From Chiloscyllium plagiosum (taxonomy: Eukaryota): a DNA stretch of 64,000 nt. Positions 12,740 to 24,266 of the stretch are shown here, one piece after another (the stretch's first letter is position 1; the number at the start of each line of letters is the position of its first letter). The stretch covers positions 32,326,650-32,390,649 of the forward strand of contig NC_057720.1 of assembly GCF_004010195.1 (NCBI RefSeq). The letters are read 5' to 3'. The notes under the pieces are model-generated. The model did not search any database. It was not told where the DNA came from and was given only the letters and a program-made list of their open reading frames with translations. The translations under genes were made by a program, and so were the position numbers.

Positions 12740-12985
12740 TCCTCCTCGGAACCTAGTTCCGCGGCCGCAGCCGCTCCGTTTCCGTGCGGACTCTAATTCA
12801 CCCGAACACACGACATGGTGGACCTGAGGTGACAGCGCCTCTTCCAAAGCTGCACACCGTCTGAAGGCTCGCATTGGGCCCACCACCGAGCTTGCTTCAC
12901 CGGCCTCCCTTGACCCCCTTTCTCCGGCTGCCTTTTCGACACCGGCCAATGTCCTACCGTATTCGGGGAGCAGAGAGAGGAGGAG
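12740..12985 (+). promoter_or_regulatory. EIF2B3: CpG-rich promoter and putative non-coding exon 1 of EIF2B3
   Basis: The most obviously CpG-dense unique stretch in the window (GCGGCCGC at 12761). Has TTCCG ETS-like cores, CCAAT on both strands (12873 reverse, 12946) and a plausible donor GAG|GTAATG at 12985/12986, 3.6 kb upstream of the ATG exon. The TSS cannot be determined. Confidence 0.65.
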
Positions 12986-13299
12986 GTAATGGGGGAACCG
13001 TGTGTATATATGTATGTGGGTGCGTGGAGGCTTGTGTTAGTGGAATGAGGGGGAGGGACTGTTGAATCTGGAGTTGGGAGTTTGGGATGAGTCGAGCCGG
13101 TGGGTTGGTCGGGTGGAACTAGGGGACTGGGGTGAGGAGTTGGGGACATAGGGGAGTTTCGTGGGGAAACTAAGGCGGTGGGGGTGGGGGAGAACGAACC
13201 TGGGGAAGGGGGCGATCAGAGGGGAACGTGGGGTGGGAGGCTGAGTGAAGTTGCAACTGAGCGGGGAGGAGGTCAGATTCCTGATTGAGAGGTTTGAGT

Positions 13300-14695
13300 G
13301 TGGAATCCTTCCAATTGAAATATATTCCAGAGGGTGAGAACACATCCATGGCTAAGCAATGATTTGGAGATGGCTAAGCAAGGAAGCCAAATATAACATA
13401 AAAACACCAAGACTAAGCTGTACCATGTTGCAAACGCAGGCTGCAAGATCGGGAAACTTTTAAAGCTCAACAAAGGATTACTAAAAATGTAATAAAAAGA
13501 GCAAAGGGATTGGTCTTCATGCCCTAACTATTAACAATCTTTACGAATGACTTGGATGCAGGGATCGGAGATGTAATTTGCAGATGACACTAAACTCAGT
13601 GGGAAAGTAAATGGCAATCAAGAAGTAAAGGTGAGGAGCAAGTGGTTTAGAAAAGATGTGACAAAAGGTTTCTTCCACATATACATGGAACTTGCTACTT
13701 GAGAGGATGGTGGAGGAAGGTATTCTCACATTTAAGAAGCATCTGGATGACTCCATAAAATGCCATGATGCAGTAGGTTAAGTGCAGGCAAATGAAATTA
13801 TTATAGTTTGGTGTTTGTTGGTCACCATAGACATGGTAGGAAAAGGGTCTATGCTGTATGACTCTATGACTAAATTTACAAATGATATGGAATAAGTTAG
13901 ATGAATTGGCCAAAATTTGGCAGATCGAGTGGATAAGTGAAAGGTTATCCATTTTGGTTAGAACTGCAACTTACGATCTAAATTATCTTCTTATATAAGT
14001 GGAGAGAATCTTGAGCATACGTTGATGCAGAGGGACCTGGTATCTTTTGTGCATGAATCAAAACACAAGTATCCAGGTACAGCAGGTAATAAGAGAGGCA
14101 ATTGTAGTTTTGGACTTTATTGCTAAAGGAATACAGTATAAAAGTAAGCAAGTGTTGCTGCAATTGGACAAGGCATTAATGAGACTGGACCGTTGCTGCG
14201 GTTGTGCCAGGCATAAATGAGATTGGACCGGTGCTGCGATTGTGCCAGGCACTAGGGAGACTGGACCTGAGTAGCTTAGGCTTATACTCACTAGAGTCTA
14301 TAAAAAAGAAGATCTATTTAAGGTATGTTAGATGTTAAAGGGGTTTAGCAAAGTAGCTGCAAAGAGAATGCCAAACTAAAGAAAACATTCTAAAATGAGA
14401 GTCACTGTTCTGAGATAAGGAATAGCAGACTTAACACACAAGATAAATTACTTCTGTCAAAGGTTAGTGAACTGTGGAATTTGCTACCCAAGAATGCGAT
14501 GGATGCTAGGACATTGATAACATTTAAGGAGGAGATTGACAGGTTTTTATTTAGTAACTGGTTGAAGGGTTATGGGGAACTGCCAGTAAAGTGAAGTTGA
14601 GGCCGAGATGAGATCAGCCATGATCGTATTGAACAGTGGAACAAGCTCGAGGGGCTGAATTGCCTCCTCCTGCTCTAGTTCTGCTGTTCTTATGA
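13300..14695 (+). mobile_element. Decayed CR1 fragments (nested) in EIF2B3 intron 1
   Basis: INDLD..FADDTKL remnants, a (CTCTATGA) tail near 13860 and a CR1 3' UTR near 14610-14695. Confidence 0.6.
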
Positions 14696-14890
14696 ATTGA
14701 GCTGAACCCCAGAGAAATGGATTGGGCCCTGTGAGACTGCTGGTAGTGTTAGCTACTCGCATTAGGTAGCTGAGGACACAGGAGAAATTTAATCGAAGTA
14801 GTCTCGGGGGAATAATTATAAAGGGAGCCATTTGCAGAGAAGTGAAGTTGCGGAGGTGAAAGTAAGCAGTATTTGTGATGTCTAGTTTAT

Positions 14891-15793
14891 AGAGTCACCG
14901 AGATGTATAGCAGGGAAATGGACCCTTCAGTCCAACCTGTCCACACCGAACAGATATCCTAAATTAACCTAGTTCCATTTACCAGCATTTGGCCATATCC
15001 CTCTAAACCCTTCCTATTGACATACCTATCCAGATTTTTTTAATGTTGTAATTGTGCAAGCCTTCACACCTTCCTTTGTCAGCTGATTCCATATACACAA
15101 CCCCTCTGTGTGGAACAAGTTGCCCCTTTATCCCTTTTAAATTTTTCCCCTCTCACCTTTACACTGTCTAATTCTGGACTCCCCCATCCCGGGAAAGAGA
15201 TCATGCCCCTCGTGATTCTATAAGGTCACCCCTCAGCATGCGACACTCCAGAGAAAATAGCTCCAGCCTCTCCCTATAGCTCAAACCCTCCAATCCTGGC
15301 AACATCCTTGTAAATCTTTCCTGAACCCTTTCATGTTTCACAAATGCTTCCTATAACAGAGAGACCAGAATTGCACACAGTATTTCATCGTGGCCTAACC
15401 AATGTCCTGTATACCTGCAACATGACCTCTTAGCTCCTGTACTCTGTGCACTGACCAATAAAGGAAAGCATACCAAGAGCCTTCTTCACTATCTTGTCTA
15501 CCTTGGATCTCACTTTCAAAGAACTATGAAATTGCACTCTAAGGTCTCTTTGTTCAGCAACACTTCCTAGGACCTTACTATTAAGTGTACAATTCCTGCC
15601 CTGATTTGCCTTTCCAAAATGCAGCACCTCCCGTTTATCTAAATTAAATTCCATCTGATCAAGATCCCATTTTAATCTAAGGTAACCATCTTCACTGTTC
15701 ACTACACCTTCAATTTTGGTGTCATCTGCAAACTTACTAACCATACTGTCTATGTTCATGTCAAAATCGTTTATATAAATGAAGAAAAGCAGT
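14891..15793 (-). mobile_element. CR1 LINE 3' fragment
   Basis: ORF 15430-15972(-): IYINDFD..SKFADDTKIEG..EQRDLRV. Same family as 2320-5163. Confidence 0.9.
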
Positions 15794-16022
15794 TGTGACT
15801 GTCTCAACGTGTAGTTCCCGGAAGTTTGAAATAATTGCAGTTTTGGGCAAAATCTTTCACTATGACATGACATGTATTTCTCACATCTCCTTACGTACAT
15901 CACACTGACACATTGTTGATTGAATGCAGACTGTTGTGAGTGTGATGGCCTTCTGGATATACATGTATGCATGCATACAACAATATAGTTCCTTACTCTT
16001 TACAAATTTAATAATAAAACAA

Positions 16023-16347
16023 GGGCAGCACGGTAACACAGTGGTTAGCACTGCTGCCTCACAGCGCCAGAGACCTGGGTTCAATTCCCACCTCAGGCAA
16101 CTGTCTGTGTGGAGTTTGCACATTCTCTCCATGTCTGCGTGGGTTTCCGCCGGATGCTCTGGTTTCCTCCCACAGTCCAAAAACGTGCAGGTTAGGCGAA
16201 TTGGCCATGCTAAATTGCCTGTAGTGTTAGGTGAAGGGGTAAATGTGGGGGAATGGGTCTGGGTGGGTTGCGCTTCGGTGGATCGGTGTGGACTTGTTGG
16301 GCTGAAGAGTCTGTTTCCACACTGTAAGTAATCTAATCTAATCTAAT
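16023..16347 (+). mobile_element. tRNA-derived SINE (HE1-like)
   Basis: tRNA-like head with B box GGTTCAATTCC (16078-16088), TGTGTGGAGTTTGCACATTCT core, (TAATC)n tail. Confidence 0.9.
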
Positions 16348-16634
16348 ATGGGATTAATGTAGTCAATTATAGATTGAATGGGTTACCAAAAGTTTGCATG
16401 TCCTGATTAAGTTGGAATGTGTGGCTGCTGAAGGGGTTATTGACTAGCATTGAATATCTTCATAATGCCTTTGATAGTCATATTGTACCATTTCCATGTT
16501 GTCAAATTTTCTAACTTTAGTGAGGCATAAATTGAATTCATGAATTGACTTTCTCAATTCAAAGTTGACTAAAGCCATCAGTCCATTAACAGCTAATATA
16601 TACATTAAATATATATGTTACAGAAAACAATACT

Positions 16635-16782
16635 ATGGAGTTTCAAGCTGTGTTAATGGCAGCAGGTGGGGGCTCCCGCATGATGGATCTTACCTCCAAT
16701 ATTCCAAAGCCCCTCTTACTGGTTGGAAACAAACCATTGATATGGTATCCTCTAAATCTTATGGAAAGACTTGGGTTTGAAG
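16635..16782 (+). CDS. EIF2B3: eIF2B gamma subunit, first coding exon ([49 protein letters not shown])
   Basis: Manual translation closely matches the recalled N-terminus of vertebrate EIF2B3 ([49 protein letters not shown]). Acceptor CAG at 16621-16623, strong Kozak actATGg, donor G|GTAAG after 16782. 148 coding nt, phase 1. Confidence 0.97.
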
Positions 16783-18196
16783 GTAAGCACCATTTTCTAC
16801 ACTTAAGTGAATAACAACAAAAAATGGCAATCTATATATTAATCCAAAAGAACTTGCTTTTCTCTATCAGTATAATCTTTGCAGTGCTTTTTTTGGACTC
16901 CTAACTATTGATGTTTCAGTTGACTAGACCTATGAGTGAGTGATGGCTAGCATGGTGATTTGTTTGTTTCACATCTGCTCTATTAAAAGTGATCAGTTGT
17001 GTTTGGAGACGAAATGGTAAAATGGTTTCCTAGATATTAACCTCTGAAGAGACCCTGCACAATGTTATCTTCTTAGTTTCCTGCACAGATTTTTTTTCTA
17101 AATAAACTAGCAATGAACATCATAAGCTGTACCTCGAAGAGAGGAGGGTGCTTGCTGTGGATCCCATGGCAAGAGCTTGCACCTGAAGTATTTAACGTAG
17201 GGAGACTGTTGTGATGCTGATATCCTGTGGTTCTGGCTGATGTGGAGTCACTCCCACTCTTGCTGCTTGCCATGGGCATGTTGGAAGGATGTGTAGGTTG
17301 ATAGGCCATTTCATGTTCTAGAGTTAGAGACGAACCCAGAGGCAGGGATGTTACCTACTGATCCACAAGACCTTCCCCAGCATTAAATAGTAACCAAGCA
17401 GGTGTACTTGATTTTTAGAGAGGCACAACTACCCTAGCTCTGAAAGTTGAAATAAGAACAAATGAAATATATTACATTATCTGTTTCCACAGTGCATTTT
17501 AATTAAAATACTAATTTCTAATTTAAAATCCTAAAGCACCTGATAGCCTCCCTACTAAGTATTGAATGAACCTAAATCTGTTTTGTCTTATGAGAACCAA
17601 CTGGATCTTTTTGATTGAATTTACTTGACATTAAACACCTTTTCAACAATGTAATCATTGTTTACATCACTCCTTTTATGATTTTTTTTAACCTATACAA
17701 TTTAATGCCATAATAACAGCATTAACACCATCAGTATTCTGTCACAGACACCAATCTTTCCTGCTGGATTTTCTCCTTTCATCACTCTGAAGTTTTTGAC
17801 ACACCTTTACAAGATTCATTCTGAAACTCTTCAACACTGAAACTGCCTATTTTCTTCCTTCTGTCAATGAAGATTTCGAAACCCAACTGTTTATTTCTCT
17901 CTCATCTGCAAATATAACTTTATGACTGTGAAAGTCTAACGACCAGTCCCCAGATTCAACTTTGCAATTCTGTTCAAATCATGACAGAACTGACTTACAC
18001 ATATTAGATGTTATTGTAGAAAACATGCATTGGGTATGCATTAAATTAAAATTCTGATTCTTGAGTGCTTCCATGACTTGTCTTGCCGTATAATATTTCT
18101 CACCATTTAGCCTTAACTTTCAACACCTGACATTGCTTATTGCCTGTCAAATAAGAGTGGTACCAGGGAGCTGTAGATGCATTAGCCTCAACAAGG

Positions 18197-19138
18197 CTAA
18201 TGATGAGGGCAGAGCGGTAGATGTGATCTATATGGACTTCAGTAAGGCATTCAACAAGGTTCCCCATGGGAGACTGATTAGCAAGGTTAGATCTCACAGA
18301 ATACAGGGAGAACCAGCCACTTGGGTACAGAACTGGCTCAAAGGTAGAAGACAGAGGGTGGTGGTGGAGGGTTGTTTTTCAGATTGGAGGCCTGTGACCA
18401 GTGGAGTGCCACAAGGATCAGTGCTGAGTCCTCTACTTTTTGTCATTTACATAAATGATTTGGATGTGAGCATAACAGGTACAGTTAGTAAGTTTGCACG
18501 TTTGGTATGTTTTCCTTTATTGGTCAGAGTATTGAGTACAGGAGTTGGGAGGTCATGTTGCGGCTGTACAGGACATTGGTTAGGCCACTGTTGGAATATT
18601 GCATGCAATTCTGGTCTCCTTCCTATCGGAAAGATGGTGTGAAACTTGAAAGGGTTTAGAAAAGATTGACAAGGCTGTTACCAGGGTTAGAGAATTTGAG
18701 CTATAGGGAGAGGCTGAACAGGTTGGGGCTGTTTTCCCTGGAATGTCGGAGGCTGAGGGGTGACCTTATAGAGGTTTACAAAATTATGAGGGGCGTGGAT
18801 AGGGTAAATAGGCAAAGTCTTTTCCCTGAGGTCAGGGAGTCCAGAAATAGAGGGCATAGGTTTAGTGTGAGAGGGGAAAGATATAAAAGACACCTAAGGG
18901 TCAACCTTTTCACGCAGAGGGTGGTACATGTATGGAATGAGCTTCCAGAGGAAGTGGTGGAGGCTGGTACAATTGCAACATTTAAGAGGCATTTGGATGG
19001 GTATATGAATAGGAAGAGTTTGGAGGGATATGGGCTGGGTGCTGGCAGGTGGGACTAGATTGGGTTGGGATATCTGGTCGGCTTTGATGGGTTGGACCGA
19101 AGGGTCTGTTTCCGTGCTGTACATCTCTACAACTCTAT
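18197..19138 (+). mobile_element. CR1 LINE 3' part with internal deletion
   Basis: [33 protein letters not shown], then a jump to the later FGM/SFIG region. Highly similar to 3950-5163. Confidence 0.93.
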
Positions 19139-20446
19139 CTGGGGCATATTGTATGGAATTTGCAGCCCATGGCAATTTAATCATGTTTGTTATTGAACTG
19201 CATTATTTTAAAAGTATTTATTATTTGTCCTTTCAACTTCTAAATGGTTTTATGAAGGTTGTTCTGAGAATGTAGGCATGCTTCTTTATCAGTCACATGC
19301 TATAAAGTTATACATCTACATGAAAGATACTTTCAGTTCAAACATGTTATGTCCAGAATTGCATTTTTCTGCAGTCAAAATGACTTTGATTAGGACAGAA
19401 TTGGGAATTAGGTTAAACTTGATAACATATTTTGCTAAAGGATGGACGTTATCTGAGGGCGATCTCCTAATTTCAGCAACATGAACCTATATGATAGAAC
19501 TATGACATGGACTTGAGCACCAACTCAAGTTGGTGAAACTGCACATTTTTATATTGAGCCAATTTTTCTCAACAGAATAGTAGTGTCTCTTTAGTAATTG
19601 CATGCAGAGCACCCTCACCGTTGCCCACAGTGAGTCAGTACTTGAGTTGTTGTCATGGTCTGTGGTGGAATGTTGTAGCAGGGAGGGGTGCATTTCATTG
19701 CAAGAATTCAGAAAGACCTTTGAAATAAATCTCACGCAAGCCATTGTGTTGAGTGTGTTTTGACTAATTCCTGGAAGTATATTGATTTTACTGTATTTCC
19801 ATTTTAAGAAATTATCAACAGCAAAATAGCTTTGTTACCTTTCACTATCCATTGTTTAAGGTGTGAGTTTTTATAGCAATAGCTAAAATTTTAATAAATG
19901 TGCATCAAGAATGACTAAACTTGCCGATTTAACTGTCTGCGACATAATTTAATATACAAAATAGGTTCCACCTGATTGTGATTATTGCTTTTATACTGAA
20001 CCTGTCTCTTAACTACGTTTTATTAATTCATAGGAAGTGGGCTACATTGCCCATCCCTAATTGTTCTTGAAGGTGATGGTGGCCAGCTTATTTAATTGCT
20101 ACATTTTATATAGTTTAATATTCAGTGCGATTAGAGAGAGAATTCTAAGACTTTAACACAGTGACAGTGAAGGAAGAGTGATATATCTCTAAGTTAGAAT
20201 GATGCGATATTTGGAGGCAAATTGAGTTTGGTGGTACTGATGCATCTGCTGTCCTTGACTTTCTAGGTGGTAGAGATTGAGGGTTTCGAAAGTCTGCCAA
20301 AGCCACCTTGGATGCATTGCAGTAGTGCATGTTCTTTGTGGTACCCACTGCCACGCTATTTTTGGTGGAGGGAGTGAATTTTAAAGCTGATGAATTAGGT
20401 GATAATTCAGTAGGCTGCTTTTTCTTGAATGCCAAGCTTCTTGTTT

Positions 20447-20577
20447 TTAGATTACATTACAGTGTGGAAACAGGCCCTTCGGCCCAACAAGTCCACACCG
20501 ACCCGNNNNNCTGAGGCGGGAATTGAACCCGGGTCTCTGGCGCTGTGAGGCAGCAGTACTAACCACTGTGCCGCCCA
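20447..20577 (-). mobile_element. HE1-like SINE, collapsed around a 5-N gap (20506-20510)
   Basis: Head and tail of the same SINE family as 16023-16347 flank the Ns. Confidence 0.85.
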
Positions 20578-21349
20578 CTGTTGTCTCAACATGTAGAGAG
20601 TATTTCATTACACTTCTGACTTGTGGATTGTGTGCAGGATGTGAATTAAATACCACAGAATCCTCAGCTTCTGACGTCCTCTTGTCGCACAGTTTTTACT
20701 CTGTTGGTCCTGTTCAGATTCTGGTCAATAGTAACCCCAATGATATTGAAAGTGGGCAGATCAGGCACGGTAATGGATGTCAAGGGGAAATGGTTAGACT
20801 TACTGGACATGCTCATTACCAACACTTGTATGTAGTAAATGTGATTGGAGCTCCAGCCAGTGGGGGAGCATTTGCTAGACAGCAATCATAACTCTATTAG
20901 ATTTAAGGTCATTATAAAAAAGGATAAGGATGGACAAGAAATCAAAGTTGTGAACTTAGGGTGGACGATTTGAATAGGATCAGAATGATTTGGCCCTGAT
21001 GGATTGGGAGCAGATACTTTTAGATAAATCTGTGTTAGAACAGTGGGACATATTCAAGAAGGAAATAGCAGAGCACAAGGCCAACATATTCCAATAACAA
21101 AACAGGGTAGGGCCAGTAAAACGTAGGTTAGGCTGCAGCTAGAGTATTATGTGCAGTTCTGGAATTCACATTATGGGATGGGTGTGACTTCACCAGGTGA
21201 GATTTCGGAGGAGATTTACCAGGATATCGCCTGGGCTGGAGAGTTTCAGTTATGGAGGGAGATTTGAATAGACTGGGGTTGTTTTCCTTGGAGCAGAGGA
21301 CATTGAGGGGACACGTGTGGCTCAGCCGCAGCACAACTGATCAAGTTGA

Positions 21350-22795
21350 ATCCTAAAGGACGTAGCTGCTAGAATGTGTCTGCAGCAAGTGGTGATGGAA
21401 ACAGCAAGAGGGAAAAACATATTGGACCTCATTCTTATCAATCTGCCAGCTTCAGATGCATCTGTCCATGACATTATCAGTAAGAGTGGCTACTGCAAAG
21501 TAATTGTGGAGATGAAGTCCTGCTGTTACATTCAGAATAACTTTGTAATATGTGGCACTATGACCATGCTAAGTGGAATAGATTTTAAACAGATCTGGCA
21601 ACTGAAAGCTGGCCATCCATGAGGCATTGTGGCCATCAGCAGCAACAGACTTCTACCTAAGCAAATCTGCAACCTCCTTCTTTCAAATGCAGCTGAATTC
21701 CAGAGGTGAGCCTGCATTTGACCAAGAATATGGCATCAAGGAGTCCCAGCAAAAAAGATATCAGGGCAAACTCTCCACTGGTTGGAGTCATACCTGGCAC
21801 GTAGGAAGATGGTTGTGCTTGTTGGAGGTCAGTCATCTCCACTCCAAGACATGGAGTTCCTCAGGGTAGTGTCCTTGGCCTACCCCTCTTCAGCTGCTTA
21901 ATCACCAACCTTCCCTCCATCATAAGGTCAGAAGTGGAGATTATTGCCAATGATTGTGCAATGTTCATGACCATTTGGGACTCTTCAGATACTGAGCAGC
22001 CAATGTTCAAATGAACAAGACCTGGGCAATATCCAGGCTTGGCTGACAAGTGGCAAGTAACATTCACACCATACAAATGTCAGGTTATGACCATCACCAT
22101 TAAGAGAAAGTCTGACCATTCAATGGTGTTACCATCATCGGAACCCCCACTATCAACATCCTTGCAGTTATCATTGAAAAGAAAGTCAACTGGACTCACC
22201 ACATAAACATGATGGCCAAAAGAGTAGGCCTGAGGCTAGGAATACTGCGACAAGTAACTCACCTCCTGACTCCCCAAAGCCTGTCCACCATCTACAAGGC
22301 ACAAGTCAGGAATATGATTGGCTACTCTCCACTTGCTTGGGTGGATAAAGCTCCAACAACACCCAAAGCTTGTCACCATCCAGGACAAAGCAATCCATTT
22401 GGCACCATATCCACAAACATCCATTTCCTCCATGGATGTTCAGCTGCAGCAGTGTGTATGGCCTACAAGATGCACTAAGTTCGTCAGACAGCACCTCCCA
22501 GAATCATTTCTATCTAGAAGAACAAGGACAGCAGATACATGGGAGCGCCACCACCTGCAAATTCCCCTCCAAGTCATTCACCATCTTGTCTTGGAAATAT
22601 ATTGCCATTCCTTTACTGTCACTGGATCAAAATCCTTTAAAATTCCTCCTGAATAGTATGTGGGTCAACCCAAGGCAGGTGGACTGCAGTGATTCGAGAA
22701 GACAGCATGCCATCACCTTCTCAATGGCGACTAGTGATAGGCAATAAATGCTGGCCAGCTAGTGATGCCCACATCCCACAAATGAATTTTCAAAA
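21350..22795 (+). mobile_element. Decayed CR1-clade LINE (second family)
   Basis: [48 protein letters not shown]; tail gcaataaatgctggcc..gatgcccacatccca..aatgaat. Confidence 0.8.
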
Positions 22796-22900
22796 AATAC
22801 TTCCAATGTATAAAATTTATGGGTGGAATAGATAGGGTAGACAGAAAGGAAATTTCCCCATAATGGAAGGATCGATGACCGGTGGCATAGATTTAATGTT

Positions 22901-23208
22901 TGATTAGATTGTCTAAAGTATATGACTCCTTCAGCCCAAGGAGTCCACACTGACCCTCTGAAGAGTAACCCACCCAGACCCCTACCCTATATTTGCCCCT
23001 GACTAATGCAACTAACACTATGGACAATTTAGCAAGGCCAATTTACCTGACCTGCACATCTTTTGGATTGTGGGAGGAAACAGGAGCACCTGAAGGAAAC
23101 CCATGCAGACACAGGGAGAATGACAGACAGTCACTCGAGGTGGGAATTGAACCTGGGTCCCTGGCGCTGTGAGGCAGCAGTGCTAACCACTTAGCCACTA
23201 TGCCACCC
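22901..23208 (-). mobile_element. HE1-like SINE
   Basis: Reverse complement of the head (ggttcaattccc) and body of the 16023 copy. Confidence 0.85.
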
Positions 23209-24266
23209 ACGAAGTGTACGTGTGTTTATTTTGGTTCAATGATTCATTTAACTGGTATGTAAGGGGCTGTGAGGGGAAAAATGTATTCATCCAAAGAGGA
23301 GTGGGAATTTGTGACTCTCTGCCTATAATGGTTGTAGAGGCAGAATCCCTTCTAACATTTGAATAAACTTTAGATGTGTACTTGCAATGCTAAGGCATAC
23401 TGGTTATGAGCCAAGTGCTGGAAAATAGGATTTGAATAGCTAGGTGCATGTTTTTGGCTGGTACAGACTTAATGAGCCAAAGGGCCTTTTTCTGCATGGC
23501 AGATTTCTGACTCTGTGACAAGCATAAGCTAAAATATAGGGACTGAGAAAAATGTTTGACTGAACAAGGTCCTTCTCACTTGTCTTCAATTAAAAAACCT
23601 TGGTTAAAAGTATTTCTGACTCAGACAGTAATGGTCTTCAGTCAAACATGTTAATATTTTAGCATTTGCTTTATGTTGTAAACCTTATCTTTGTTATTTT
23701 GTTACCAGTGCAGATTTCAATTCATGCTGATAATTTTGAGAATACATTTGTCACCTCCCAAATTCTGATTTTAGAATCAACAAGCTATCCTCCTGAACTC
23801 TCACATTCTCAGCCAACTTGGACACATGTTTCAGGGCTAATTTGAGAATTCTGCCCAGCACAACTATGTTGCATCCACAAATGGAGCAGTGAGTTCTCTA
23901 CAGGTGAATGCATATCCTAGTCTTTAACCTTTATAAGGACCTCTGGCTTTCTCTGGGTTATTCTGATTCTGAAATGTCTTCCAAGGCAGGTCATTGGGCT
24001 ACTCTTACAGGTGCTGGCTATCTGCTTTGAATATTAAAATAATCCTATTCCAGTTATTAGAATGGAGTTAATGCTTCCTTGTGAAAGCAGTAATGGTGCT
24101 ATGGAAGTCTAGGCTGTTTGTCCCCTTTAATGGTTATTTTATTATCCACTGAAAAGTAGCACAAATTGATAAATCCTTTTGTCCTGTGACTGTCTACACT
24201 AGACCTCTGCATGTCGTGACATACTATTTCAGTATATTGCTTGTTGATGGTCTGTAGCATTGCAAT

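Noticed and set aside
12659..13345. Several Pro/Gly-rich ORFs suggesting a divergent gene
   Set aside because: Explained by GC/G-rich promoter composition. No recognisable protein and no downstream minus-strand exons were found.
15881..16331. Recurring ORFs such as MDCGRKPEHP.. and tRNA-like sequence (also 39685-39933)
   Set aside because: These are SINE-derived. The tRNA-like head has A/B boxes but no complete cloverleaf, so it is not a tRNA gene.
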